The notes: generated by a model from the letters alone, not told the origin. 62,385 nucleotides of DNA from Clostridia bacterium (GCA_046484975.1 JAWOHX010000103.1:1-62385); one strand, 5' to 3'; positions 36,459 through 46,320 are shown, numbered from the stretch's first letter. A program made the numbers and translations.

Positions 36459-37724
36459 TTATACCACAATCAGGGCTTCACGGCCGGGTCCCACGGACAC
36501 ATGGGTGATGGGGCAACCGCAGAGTTCCTCGATTCTTTTCAGATAAGCGACGGCCGCCCCGGGCAACCCGGACATCTCCCGGATGGCCGTGATGTCCTCC
36601 TCCCATCCCGGAAGGGTCTCATAGACAGGCTGGGCGGTCTCCAGTGTGCAGTTAAGGGGAAAATGCTCCGTGAGCCCATCCCCGGTGCGGTAGGCGGTGC
36701 AGATCTTCAGCTCCTTTTGTCCGCTGAGCACATCCAGGCAGGTGACGGTCATCTGCGTTGCGGCCTGCAGCCTGCACCCGTAGCGGGTGGCGACGGCGTC
36801 GAAGTGGCCGATCCGTCTGGGCCTTCCTGTTTTTGCCCCGTATTCCTTGCCTTTTTCCCGTATCGCATGTGCCTGCTCCCCGAACATTTCCGTGGTGAAG
36901 GGGCCTTCCCCCACACAGGTGGAATAGGCTTTGGTGATGCCGACGATTCCGGTGATTTCCCTGGGGGAGACGGGGATGGAGGCACAGGCGTAGCCGCTCA
37001 GGGTGGAGGAGGAAGTCGTGTAGGGATAGATGCCATGGGTGATGTCACGCAAAGCCCCGAGCTGGGCTTCGGCTATGATGGTTTTGCCGTTTTTCAACAG
37101 TTCCTCCACCATGGGTTGGATGTTCCGGATGAAGGGCTTGAGCAACTCCGCTTCCCGGATCAGTTTCTCATATATTTCCTCCGGGTCGATTTTTTCAGCG
37201 CCGTACCCTTTTTCGATGAGAATGTTCGCATAGGCCACGGATTCATGGACATGCCGCCTCAAATAATCCGGATGGAAGAGCTCTCCGGCCTGGATGCCCT
37301 TCTTCAGGTATTTGAACCCGTAGGTGGGAGCGATGCCGCTCATGGTGGAACCATATTTTTTGTCTTTGAGCCGACTCTCCTCCAAACGTTCCAGGATGTA
37401 TGCATAAGGAAGAATCAGGATGCACCGGTCGGAGATGTAAAGGTTGTCCAGGGCGAGTCCCTTGGAACGAACTTCCTCCAGTTCCCTGATGAAGGATTCC
37501 GGGCTCAACACCGACCCGCTGGCGATGATGTTGACAACATGGGGATAACAGACCCCGGAAGGGAAATTGTGGAAAGCAAACTTCCCATGCTCGTTCACAA
37601 CGGTGTGGCCGGCATTGTCGCCTCCCTGGTAGCGGATGACACAATGGGCATCCCGGGCGAAGTAATCCACCATCCTGCCCTTTCCTTCATCCCCCCAATT
37701 CAATCCAACAATGGATATCACCAT
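36459..37724 (-). CDS. purA: Adenylosuccinate synthase
   Basis: It has NWGDEGKGRMVDY, QGGDNAGHTV and GTTGRGIGP-like TKAYSTCVGEGPF, and ends with KTGRPRR. Confidence 0.95.
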   Translation of the reverse strand: MVISIVGLNWGDEGKGRMVDYFARDAHCVIRYQGGDNAGHTVVNEHGKFAFHNFPSGVCYPHVVNIIASGSVLSPESFIRELEEVRSKGLALDNLYISDRCILILPYAYILERLEESRLKDKKYGSTMSGIAPTYGFKYLKKGIQAGELFHPDYLRRHVHESVAYANILIEKGYGAEKIDPEEIYEKLIREAELLKPFIRNIQPMVEELLKNGKTIIAEAQLGALRDITHGIYPYTTSSSTLSGYACASIPVSPREITGIVGITKAYSTCVGEGPFTTEMFGEQAHAIREKGKEYGAKTGRPRRIGHFDAVATRYGCRLQAATQMTVTCLDVLSGQKELKICTAYRTGDGLTEHFPLNCTLETAQPVYETLPGWEEDITAIREMSGLPGAAVAYLKRIEELCGCPITHVSVGPGREALIVV

Positions 37725-37832
37725 GACAAACCCTCCCTTTCATTCCATGCTTGCAACGCCATTATATTACACCGCATGTCATAAGTATAATTAATATTAA
37801 TTATATTCCTCATTAGCTGAAATTATGAACTC

Positions 37833-37861
37833 TTGATATATCCGGGGATTCGCCATATAAT
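37833..37861 (+). promoter_or_regulatory. Promoter placed for a leaderless LysR-regulator mRNA
   Basis: TTGATA (37833-37838), a 17-nt spacer, and TATAAT (37856-37861). Only 6 nt separate the -10 from the ATG at 37868, and there is no SD. Confidence 0.5.
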
Positions 37862-37867
37862 GAAAGA

Positions 37868-38761
37868 ATGGAAATCAATTTGGAACTTTATAGGGTTTTT
37901 TATCATGTGGCCAGTGAAAAAAGTTTTTCCAGGGCGGCGGAAAAGCTTTTCGTCACGCAGCCCGCAGTAAGCCAGGCCATATCCCAGCTGGAGGGCAAAC
38001 TGGAACAGAGGCTCATCATCCGCCATTCCAAAGGAATCTCCCTCACCGAGGCCGGGGAGATCCTGTTCACCCACATAGAGCCCGCATTCCACATCATCCG
38101 GTCCGGAGAGGTGCAGTTGGACGCATTGAAGGACTTGAGAAAAGGCAGCATCACCATCAGCGCTTCAGACACCATCTGCATGTACTACCTGCCTGAGATC
38201 CTGGGCATTTTCAAGGGGAAATACCCGGAGATCAACATCAGGATTGCCAATAAGACCACCAGCGAGACCATCGAGGCGCTTCGGAGGGGGAAAGCGGACA
38301 TCGGCATCATCAACATCCCGGAGAAAATGGATGGAAGGATTCGGATCTGGAAGAAGACTGAGCTGAGTGAGTGCTTTGCAGCGGGAGAGGCATACCATGC
38401 CCTGGCCGGAAAAAAACTCAGCCCGGAGGAAGTGGCCGACCTGCCGCTGATGCTCCTGGAAAAAGGGACCAGCACCCGGATGTTCATCGATAAATTTTTC
38501 AATGAGCTCGGCATCAGGATTCAGCCGGAGATCGAACTTGGCTCGGTGGACCTGCTGTTGAAATTCGCCGCCATCGGCATGGGGGTCAGCTGCGTGACCA
38601 GGGAATACCTGCAAAAAAGTGAGTTCCGGGAAAAACTGTTCATCCTGGAGTCCGAGATGGAATTCCCGAAAAGATACCTGGGGGTCATCACCATCAGGAA
38701 TGTTCCGCTGACAAAGGCTGCCAGGGCTTTCCTGGACATCATACTGGAAGAGGAGAGATGA
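37868..38761 (+). CDS. LysR-family transcriptional regulator
   Basis: The N-terminal HTH reads LELYRVFYHVASEKSFSRAAEKLFVTQPAVSQAISQLE, followed by a periplasmic-binding-fold effector domain. Confidence 0.9.
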   Translation: MEINLELYRVFYHVASEKSFSRAAEKLFVTQPAVSQAISQLEGKLEQRLIIRHSKGISLTEAGEILFTHIEPAFHIIRSGEVQLDALKDLRKGSITISASDTICMYYLPEILGIFKGKYPEINIRIANKTTSETIEALRRGKADIGIINIPEKMDGRIRIWKKTELSECFAAGEAYHALAGKKLSPEEVADLPLMLLEKGTSTRMFIDKFFNELGIRIQPEIELGSVDLLLKFAAIGMGVSCVTREYLQKSEFREKLFILESEMEFPKRYLGVITIRNVPLTKAARAFLDIILEEER

Positions 38762-38764
38762 CCA

Positions 38765-39376
38765 ATGATCATCAAGAGCGCCGAATACGAGCTTACCGCG
38801 GTGAAACCCGAGCAATATCCGGAAGACGGGCTTCCAGAGGTGGCGTTCACGGGAAGGTCAAACGTAGGAAAGTCTTCCATGATCAATGCCCTGTGTGAAA
38901 GAAAAGGGATTGCAAGGACCGGATCAACACCCGGCAAGACCAGGAAGATCAACTTCTACCTGGTCAACGGTGCATTGCGGCTGGTGGATCTGCCGGGCTA
39001 TGGCTATGCCAAGGTCTCGAAAGCTGAAAAGAAGTCATGGCAGCAGCTACTGGACCGATATATCAGGGGAAGGAGCCGTCTGGGCCTGATTGTCCAGCTG
39101 ATGGATATCCGCCATGCCCCTTCGGCGCAGGACGTGGCCATGGTGGAATGGCTCAAGGGATCCGGGATCCCCTTCGCCATCTGTGCCGTCAAGTCGGACA
39201 AACTGCCCCGGTCCAGGCAGATGCAGCAAATGAAAGACATCATCAGGCCATTGGAATTGTCCATGGACACACCTGTCGTGCTTTTCTCTGCCCTGAAGAG
39301 ACAGGGGACGGCGGAATTGTGGAATGTCATTGAGGATACGGTAATGAAAGGGAATGATGGGAATGAAATACTATGA
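38765..39376 (+). CDS. engB: Ribosome biogenesis GTP-binding protein YsxC/EngB
   Basis: It has EVAFTGRSNVGKSSMINAL (G1), DLPGYGYA (G3) and VKSDK (G4). Confidence 0.92.
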   Translation: MIIKSAEYELTAVKPEQYPEDGLPEVAFTGRSNVGKSSMINALCERKGIARTGSTPGKTRKINFYLVNGALRLVDLPGYGYAKVSKAEKKSWQQLLDRYIRGRSRLGLIVQLMDIRHAPSAQDVAMVEWLKGSGIPFAICAVKSDKLPRSRQMQQMKDIIRPLELSMDTPVVLFSALKRQGTAELWNVIEDTVMKGNDGNEIL

Positions 39377-40106
39377 TGTCCATTGTCATGCGGACATGTT
39401 CAGCAAACACGAACTGGCCAACGTTCTTTCAGACAGGAGTCTGGTGGGACTGGCTTCGAATTCCACAGGCTACGAATCCTGCCTCGAGAACCTGAGGCTG
39501 GGAGCAAAACACCAGAAGATCAAAGCCTGCCTCGGGATCCATCCTGAACATCCGGAGAACTACAAGGATCTGGAAAAAGTGGTGGAGCTCATCAAAAAAA
39601 ATGAAAACAAAGTGGCGGGGATCGGAGAGATCGGGATACCCTGCTTTCTGGAAAACCTGGAGGACTTCTATGATGAATCCCTCGAGGTTTTCAGGGAACT
39701 TGTGAAAATCGCCCATGCCTTCAACAAACCCGTGACCGTGCACGCCTCATATGAAGCCGCAGGGAAGGCTGTGGCCATCCTGGAGGAATACAACATCAGC
39801 AAGGCTGTCTTCCACTGGTTCAACGGGGACGAGAAGGACCTGGTCCGCATCCAGAAAAACAATTACCATGTCTCGGTGGGGCCGGATATCCTGTACAACA
39901 CCGAATATGCGGATTTCGTACGGAAAATCGATGTGAAGCACATCTTCTTCGAAAGCGACAGCCCATGGGAATACGACAAGGTGAGATCCATGCCGCTGGT
40001 GATTCCCGAGGTCATCGTCTACACATCCTCCGTCAAATCCGTTTCCATCGACCGCTTGAGTTTTGAAGCCATGGAAAACAGCATTAAATTCTTCAGCATG
40101 CAGTGA
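39363..40106 (+). CDS. TatD-family metal-dependent hydrolase
   Basis: It has YYDVHCH (HxH), GEIGI, VHAS.. and FESDSP motifs. Confidence 0.8.
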   Translation: MKYYDVHCHADMFSKHELANVLSDRSLVGLASNSTGYESCLENLRLGAKHQKIKACLGIHPEHPENYKDLEKVVELIKKNENKVAGIGEIGIPCFLENLEDFYDESLEVFRELVKIAHAFNKPVTVHASYEAAGKAVAILEEYNISKAVFHWFNGDEKDLVRIQKNNYHVSVGPDILYNTEYADFVRKIDVKHIFFESDSPWEYDKVRSMPLVIPEVIVYTSSVKSVSIDRLSFEAMENSIKFFSMQ

Positions 40107-40944
40107 TTGGTTTCTTCTGCTGCCTTCTTTCCCGGATGGTGTTGATGATGATGCCCGAGAGAATGACCGCGGATGCGAACAAGGCATAGACGGAAGGAAC
40201 CTCGTGGAGGAAAAGCACCACCCAGACCGGATTCAGGATGGGTTCAATGAGGCAGAGGATGGACACATCCAGGGGGTGAAGCTTACGCAGCGCCATGAGG
40301 TAGAACACGTATCCCAGACCGATCTGCACAGTCCCAAGCAGGATGATTCCCAGCCAGCCCGCGGGGGAAAGTCCCTTGATGATGGCAACGGGTTGCGCCA
40401 CGAAAGGAAGGGCGAACAGAAAGGTGAAGAAATTACAGAGGGATATCAGGGAACCCGGACGGATGACGGTGACCTTTGAACTGAAATAGGCCACGAAGGC
40501 AAAGGCGAAGCCACTGGTCATGGCGATGAAATTCCCTAAGGCGCTGGTGCCGGATGCCGGCTCCAGAAGAAAAACCAGGAGGCCTGTGAATATCATCAGC
40601 ATGGGGAACAGCTTTTTCGGGTCATATTGTTTCTTGATGAAGGTATAAAAGAGAAAAAGCCAGACTGGCGCCGTGTATTGCAGGATGATGGCATTTGCGG
40701 CGGTGGTCATCTTGTTGGCCAGCACGAAACTGATGAGGGTGTATGAATAAAAGAGAATGAGCAGAACCAGGTCCTTGGTGAGGCGTATTTCCCGCAGACG
40801 GAGGGCGGGCAGAAAAAACAAAAAGGCGAAGAAGGATCTGGCGCAGGCGATGAAAATGGCGGGTGCATCCGTCAGTTTGATAAAAATGCCACCACTGCTC
40901 CACAAAAGAGCACCAATGACGGCATATGCAACACCTTTTTTCAT
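40093..40944 (-). CDS. EamA/DMT-family transporter
   Basis: It is 283 aa with about ten hydrophobic helices in two EamA-like repeats (ALLWSSGGIFIK ...). It overlaps the convergent tatD 3' end by 14 nt. Confidence 0.8.
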   Translation of the reverse strand: MKKGVAYAVIGALLWSSGGIFIKLTDAPAIFIACARSFFAFLFFLPALRLREIRLTKDLVLLILFYSYTLISFVLANKMTTAANAIILQYTAPVWLFLFYTFIKKQYDPKKLFPMLMIFTGLLVFLLEPASGTSALGNFIAMTSGFAFAFVAYFSSKVTVIRPGSLISLCNFFTFLFALPFVAQPVAIIKGLSPAGWLGIILLGTVQIGLGYVFYLMALRKLHPLDVSILCLIEPILNPVWVVLFLHEVPSVYALFASAVILSGIIINTIRERRQQKKPITAC

Positions 40945-40951
40945 CAGTTCC

Positions 40952-42013
40952 TCAGACTTCCACGGTCCACCCGAACGGATCTTTTTCCATGCCGTACTGG
41001 ATGTTGGTCAGTTGTTCATAGACCCTCTTGGAAATATCCCCGGTCATGCCGTTGTTGACCAGGAAGCTGTTTCCCTTGTAAACCAGTTCCCCCACGGGGG
41101 AGATGACGGCAGCGGTCCCTGCGCCGAAACATTCCCTCAGGGTTTTGTCGGAACATGCGCCGATGATCTCATCGATGGATATCTTCCTTTCATATGCGGG
41201 GACATCCCAGCTTCGCAGAAGCTCCAGAACGGACATCCGCGTGATGCCCGGCAGGATGCTTCCGGACAATGCCGGAGTGATGACCTGCCCGTCCAGGTTG
41301 AAGAACACGTTCATGGAACCCACTTCCTCGATGTACCGGTGTTCGAGGGCATCCAGCCAGAGAACCTGGACACAGCCGTTTTTATCCGCATTCTCATGGG
41401 CTTTCAGGCTGGCGGCATAATTCCCCATGGTCTTCACCTCTCCCGTGGCTCCGGGAACGGAGCGGACATACTCCTCCTCCACGTAGATCCTCACCGGGTT
41501 GATCCCGGTGGGATAATAGGACCCCACGGGGCTTAAGATGATCATGAACGTATATGTGGAGGAAGGACGCACACCGAGGAAAGCATCCGTGGCGATGACA
41601 AATGGCCTGATGTACAGGCTGGTCCCTGGCTGGTCGGGAATCCAGCCCTTCTCAATACGGAGAAGCTCCTTGAGGGCGTCAAGCACCAATGTGCCGTCCA
41701 GGGGAGGGATGCACATCCTTTCGCAGGACCTGTTCAGCCGCTCCATGTTTTTCTCGGGGCGGAAAAGAAGGATTTTGCCGGTTTTGGACAGATAGGCCTT
41801 CATTCCCTCGAACACACCCTGCCCGTAATGGAGGACGGTGGTGGAGGGATCCATGGAAAGAGGGGCGTAGGGAACGATTCTTGGGTCAAACCATCCTTTC
41901 TGGCGGGAATAGTCCATCACAAACATATGGTCTGTGAAAACCTTCCCAAAGCCCAGGTCGGCAAAGGAGGGCTTGGATTTCAAGCTTGTGGAGCGGATGA
42001 AGGACGGTACCAT
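40952..42013 (-). CDS. ilvE: Branched-chain-amino-acid aminotransferase (class IV)
   Basis: It has FGKVFTDHMF, LHYGQGVFEGMKAY, the PLP Lys context (GEVKTMGNYA) and GTAAVISPV. The ATG at 42013 has an AAGGGGG RBS; the track start at 42034 is possible. Confidence 0.9.
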   Translation of the reverse strand: MVPSFIRSTSLKSKPSFADLGFGKVFTDHMFVMDYSRQKGWFDPRIVPYAPLSMDPSTTVLHYGQGVFEGMKAYLSKTGKILLFRPEKNMERLNRSCERMCIPPLDGTLVLDALKELLRIEKGWIPDQPGTSLYIRPFVIATDAFLGVRPSSTYTFMIILSPVGSYYPTGINPVRIYVEEEYVRSVPGATGEVKTMGNYAASLKAHENADKNGCVQVLWLDALEHRYIEEVGSMNVFFNLDGQVITPALSGSILPGITRMSVLELLRSWDVPAYERKISIDEIIGACSDKTLRECFGAGTAAVISPVGELVYKGNSFLVNNGMTGDISKRVYEQLTNIQYGMEKDPFGWTVEV

Positions 42014-42063
42014 TTGGTTGGCCCCCTTGTACATTTTTCGTCGTATATATTATACTAAAAGAA

Positions 42064-42600
42064 ATGACGGATATCAAAACTATTTTAGGAGCAGCCATGT
42101 CCAAGCATCTCCCTGATTACATGTCGGAGGACCTTTTCACCATTGATTACAGGAAACTTCACGAGGCGGGAGTCCGTGGGATTGCCGTGGACATCGACAA
42201 CACCCTGGTGCCCATGCACCGGGCCCATGCCGATGAAAGGGCCAGGAAATGGGCTTATGACATGAAAAAAATGGGGTTTTCCGTGGTCATCCTCTCCAAT
42301 GCAAGCCGCAAAAGGACGGAGGCATTCATGAAGGACATGGGGGTTTTGGGGATATGGCTTTCCGGAAAACCTCTGCCAGGGGCATATTTGAGGGCGGCCG
42401 CGATGATGGGACTGGATCCCGGAAACTGCGCGATGATCGGGGACCAGCTGTTCACCGACATCAGGGGAGGGAAAAAAGCGGGCTTTTTCACCATCCTCAC
42501 CCGCCCGCTGGACACCAGGGAAATTCTGTTCGTGCGGCTGAAAAGGCTCTTGGAAAGGCCATTCTTGAAAAAACACGGGGAAAGGATCCAGAGGATATGA
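42064..42600 (+). CDS. YqeG-family HAD-IIIA phosphatase
   Basis: It has GIAVDIDNTLVP (motif I), VVILSNAS (motif II) and MIGDQLFTDIRGG (motif IV). Confidence 0.85.
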   Translation: MTDIKTILGAAMSKHLPDYMSEDLFTIDYRKLHEAGVRGIAVDIDNTLVPMHRAHADERARKWAYDMKKMGFSVVILSNASRKRTEAFMKDMGVLGIWLSGKPLPGAYLRAAAMMGLDPGNCAMIGDQLFTDIRGGKKAGFFTILTRPLDTREILFVRLKRLLERPFLKKHGERIQRI

Positions 42601-43427
42601 TACGTTTCGGACCCGGAGGCAACAGCGAGAGTTTTTATGCCCAGGGGTACAAGTCCACATACCAGGCCTTCAAATGGCTCCGGGACATGGGGCTGGACGC
42701 CTATGAATACCAGGGAGGCAAGGGTTTGTTCATCAAGGAGGAATCTGCAAGGCAGATCGGGGAGGAAGCCGGGAAGCATGGCATCGCCCTCAGCCTCCAT
42801 GCCCCGTATTTCATCAATCTGGCCAACAACGATGACGAAAAAATGGCCAGGAGCTTTGAGTATGTCGAGAAAAGCGTGCAGGTGGCGGAGTGGATGAATG
42901 CAGGAAGAATCGTCATCCATACCGGAAGCCCGGTGGGACAGAGCCGGGAAAAGGCCCTGGAAAGGATCATCGCCATGTTCGGGAAGCTGATGGAGCTGTA
43001 CGGGGACAGGGTCATCCTCTGCCCTGAACTCATGGGAAAGGTCAATCAGATGGGGGACCTGGGGGAAATCATCGAGATCTGCAACGTGGACGAGAGAATC
43101 CTGCCTGTGATTGACTTTGGCCATCTCAACGCCCGGACCCGGGGCATGCTGGACAGCAGCAAGGCCTTTGAAGACACCGTGGAGGCATTGGTCCGGGGCA
43201 TCGGCCTGGACAGGACAAAACGCATGCATGTCCATTTCAGCCGGATCGAATTCACGGACATGGGTGAGAAAAGGCATTGGACGGAAAAAGATACCCAGTA
43301 CGGCCCGGACTTCCTGGATTTTATCCCGGTCATTAAAAAATACGGGCTTGTGCCTGTGATCATATCCGAATCCGCCGGCACGATGGCGGAGGATGCATTA
43401 TGGATGAAGGAGATGTACAACCAATGA
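42597..43427 (+). CDS. TIM-barrel AP-endonuclease-2 / xylose-isomerase-like fold protein (Nfo-like)
   Basis: It begins MIRFGPGGNSESFY... and has LSLHAPYFINLAN, IVIHTGS, CPELMG and DFGHLNAR (metal-ligand pattern of the family). The ATG overlaps the yqeG stop (ATGA); the track ORF starting at 42354 is over-extended. Confidence 0.7.
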   Translation: MIRFGPGGNSESFYAQGYKSTYQAFKWLRDMGLDAYEYQGGKGLFIKEESARQIGEEAGKHGIALSLHAPYFINLANNDDEKMARSFEYVEKSVQVAEWMNAGRIVIHTGSPVGQSREKALERIIAMFGKLMELYGDRVILCPELMGKVNQMGDLGEIIEICNVDERILPVIDFGHLNARTRGMLDSSKAFEDTVEALVRGIGLDRTKRMHVHFSRIEFTDMGEKRHWTEKDTQYGPDFLDFIPVIKKYGLVPVIISESAGTMAEDALWMKEMYNQ

Positions 43428-43861
43428 AAATCATGGTCATCAGCGGTCCCAACCTGAACAAGCTGGGACAGAGGGATCCCGGGCACTACGGGAAGGCAAC
43501 CTACAGGGAGCTTATGGACATGGTCCGGGAGAGAGCCAAAACCCTTGGCATGGGAATCGAAGACAAACAAAGCAACTGCGAGGGCAGGATCATCGATTTC
43601 ATCCAGGAGGCCGATGCCCATTATGACGGCATCATCATCAATCCGGGAGCCTATTCCCATTACAGTTATGCCATCATGGACGCGCTTTTGGACATATCCA
43701 TTCCCGCCGTGGAAGTCCATCTCTCCGATGTGGAGAACAGGGAGGACTTCCGGAGGATTCTGGTCACCGCGAAAGCCTGCGGGAAGATGATATCCGGGAA
43801 AGGGGCCGCCGGATACCTGGAAGCGCTGGACCATCTGTATGAAGGAGGACGCAAGCCATGA
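43424..43861 (+). CDS. aroQ: Type II 3-dehydroquinate dehydratase
   Basis: It has MKIMVISGPNLNKLGQRDPGHYG, INPGAYSHYSYA and HLSDVENRE. It has an ATGA overlap upstream. Confidence 0.93.
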   Translation: MKIMVISGPNLNKLGQRDPGHYGKATYRELMDMVRERAKTLGMGIEDKQSNCEGRIIDFIQEADAHYDGIIINPGAYSHYSYAIMDALLDISIPAVEVHLSDVENREDFRRILVTAKACGKMISGKGAAGYLEALDHLYEGGRKP

Positions 43862-44928
43862 ACCTGAGAATGGACAAGATCAAGAAAATCATCAAGGACA
43901 AGGAACTGGACGCCATCCTGGTCACCTCCCGGGAAAACACCTTTTATCTTTCGGGATTCCGGGGCAGCGCCTCTTTGATCCTCATCACGCCTGGAAATGC
44001 TTTCTTTTGTACGGATTTCCGCTACATTGAGGCTGCCAAAGCCATCTGCGGGAAGCATTACGATGTGTCCATGTACAAAGGGGATGCGTTGCCCCACCTG
44101 CATGAAGTCACCGGGGGGGACAGCCTGGGGCGCATCGGCTTTGAGGAAAACGACCTTTCCTTCATGAGGTACAGTGGGTTCAAGGGAGTGTTTGGCAAGG
44201 CGGAACTCGTCCCTGTGCAATCTTTTGTGGACAGGACCAGGATCATCAAGGAGGATGAGGAGATCATACGTATCAAAAAGGCCACGGAGATCTCGGAAAA
44301 AGCCTTCGGGGAGGTCCTGCCATACATCCGCCCCGGGGTCCTGGAGCTGGACATCCTTGCGGAAATGGAATACCGGATGAGGAAGGGCGGGGCATCGAAG
44401 CAGGCCTTCGACACCATCGTGGCCTCAGGAAAACGTTCCAGCCTTCCCCACGGGGAGGCCAGCCTGAAAAGAATCGAGCAGGGCGACCCCGTCACCCTGG
44501 ATTTCGGCGCAGTCTGGGAAGGATACTGTGCTGACATGACCCGCACCGTCTTCGCCGGCCAGCCATCCGGAAAAATGAAAGACATATACCGGATTGTCCT
44601 GGAAGCGCAGGAGAGGGCACAGGAAGGTGTCGTGGCAGGGGCGTCAGGCAGGGAAATCGACAGGATCGCCCGGGAAATCATCAACAAAAACGGGTATGAG
44701 GGATGCTTCGGCCATGGCCTGGGACATGGTGTGGGGATTCTTGTTCATGAGGAGCCCAGATTGAGTGAAAAAAGTGAAAGCATCATGGAAAACAACATGG
44801 TGGTGTCCGTGGAACCGGGAATCTATGTGGAGGATATTGGAGGGGTCCGGATTGAGAACCTGGTGGCGATTCGTGACAACAACCCATATGTTTTCAATGA
44901 AACAGGAAAGGAACTGCTGATCCTGTAG
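43858..44928 (+). CDS. M24-family Xaa-Pro aminopeptidase
   Basis: It has DFGAVWEGYCADMTRT, HGLGHGVGILVHEEP and VEPGIY..GGVRIEN. It sits after aroQ, as yqhT does in B. subtilis. Confidence 0.9.
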   Translation: MNLRMDKIKKIIKDKELDAILVTSRENTFYLSGFRGSASLILITPGNAFFCTDFRYIEAAKAICGKHYDVSMYKGDALPHLHEVTGGDSLGRIGFEENDLSFMRYSGFKGVFGKAELVPVQSFVDRTRIIKEDEEIIRIKKATEISEKAFGEVLPYIRPGVLELDILAEMEYRMRKGGASKQAFDTIVASGKRSSLPHGEASLKRIEQGDPVTLDFGAVWEGYCADMTRTVFAGQPSGKMKDIYRIVLEAQERAQEGVVAGASGREIDRIAREIINKNGYEGCFGHGLGHGVGILVHEEPRLSEKSESIMENNMVVSVEPGIYVEDIGGVRIENLVAIRDNNPYVFNETGKELLIL

Positions 44929-46320
44929 TCACTTCACGTGATTCCTTCCGACGATGACCCTGGCGACATGGATTCCGCTGGCGGCGGCCTGGGAAAGGCC
45001 CCGGGTGATGCCGGCGCCATCCCCGATGGCAAACATGCTCGGGATCGGGGTCTCGAACTCATTGGTCAGTTCCACCCTGGAACTATAGAATTTGACCTCC
45101 ACTCCGTAGAGAAGGGTGTCCATGTTGGCAATGCCCGGCGCTATTTTATCCAGGGCGTAAATCATTTCGATGATGTTGTCCAGGTGACGTTTTGTCAGGA
45201 CAAGGCTCAGATCCCCGGGGGTGGCGTGGAGGGTGGGCTTGGTGAAACTGCTGGCGAGACGGTGCTCGTTGCTCCTTCTTCCCCTGATCAGGTCCCCGAA
45301 ACGCTGGACGATGATGCCTCCCCCCAGCATGTTGGAAAGGGAGGCAATCCTTTTGCCGTATTGATAGGGCTGGTTGAACGGATAGGTGAAGCGGTTGCTG
45401 ACCAGCAGGGCGAAGTTTGTGTTCTCGCTGCGCAAGGCCTTGTCCGCGTAACTGTGCCCGTTGACGGTCACAATTCCATCCACATTCTCCGACACCACGT
45501 ACCCGTAAGGATTCATGCAGAAGGTGCGCACGATATCACCGTATTGCTTGGTCCGGTAAAGGAGCTTGGCCTCGTAGACCACATCCGTGATGTGGTCGAA
45601 TACCCTGGCGGGTAGCTCGACCCTGACGCCGATGTCCACCTGGTTGTTGATCAGGCCGATGCCCAGGTTCTTGCATATGGATGAAAACCATTCGGCTCCC
45701 GACCTGCCCGGCGCCACGATGAGGTCCTTGCAGAGGACAAATCGTCCTCCGCCCAGGTCCAGCGTGAACAAATCGTCGCTTTTCGAAATCTGTTCCACAT
45801 GCGTGTCAAAGAGGATGGTGAGCTTGCCCTGTAAAAACTGATAAAGCTTTTTCAGGATGTTGAGGTTTTGCTCCGTGCCCAGGTGCTTGACCTGCGCCTT
45901 CAGGAGATGGAGGTCGTTCTCCAGTGCTTTTTTTTCAAGCAGCATGGCCTTTTCACCATCGGTGGAATATCTTTCCAGGGTAGCGCCGAACCCGACATTG
46001 ATGCTGTCCACGTATTCGATGAGCTCCAGGATGTATTTTTCATCCAGGTATTCATTGAGCCATCCTCCAAACTGGGTGGTGAAATTGAATTTTCCGTCGG
46101 AATAGGCACCGGCGCCGCCGAAACCGCTCATGATGGAACAAGGACGGCAGCCGATGCAGTCCGTGACCCTGCCTTCGATGATGGGGCAGTTCCTGCCCAG
46201 GAGGGATTTCCCCTTTTCGATGAGAAGGATGCGCCTGGAAGGATCCAGGACACACAGTTCATATGCGGCAAAAATGCCCGCGGTACCCGCACCGATGATC
46301 ACCACGTCGTATCTGTCCAT
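44929..46320 (-). CDS. NAD(P)/FAD-dependent oxidoreductase (COG2509-like FAD-dependent protein)
   Basis: It has YDVVIIGAGTAGIFAAYEL and a C-terminal AIGDGAGITRG. The start is uncertain (ATGs at 46338, 46326 and 46320; GGGAGG precedes the last). Confidence 0.75.
   Translation of the reverse strand: MDRYDVVIIGAGTAGIFAAYELCVLDPSRRILLIEKGKSLLGRNCPIIEGRVTDCIGCRPCSIMSGFGGAGAYSDGKFNFTTQFGGWLNEYLDEKYILELIEYVDSINVGFGATLERYSTDGEKAMLLEKKALENDLHLLKAQVKHLGTEQNLNILKKLYQFLQGKLTILFDTHVEQISKSDDLFTLDLGGGRFVLCKDLIVAPGRSGAEWFSSICKNLGIGLINNQVDIGVRVELPARVFDHITDVVYEAKLLYRTKQYGDIVRTFCMNPYGYVVSENVDGIVTVNGHSYADKALRSENTNFALLVSNRFTYPFNQPYQYGKRIASLSNMLGGGIIVQRFGDLIRGRRSNEHRLASSFTKPTLHATPGDLSLVLTKRHLDNIIEMIYALDKIAPGIANMDTLLYGVEVKFYSSRVELTNEFETPIPSMFAIGDGAGITRGLSQAAASGIHVARVIVGRNHVK

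Noticed and set aside
42354-42596. The upstream 81 codons of track ORF 42354-43427, and similar N-terminal extensions at 2904, 12940, 33068, 52296, 57789 and 58660.
   Set aside because: The extensions overlap the preceding well-supported gene in another frame and have atypical composition. Internal ATGs with an RBS or an ATGA stop/start overlap give N-termini that match the family.
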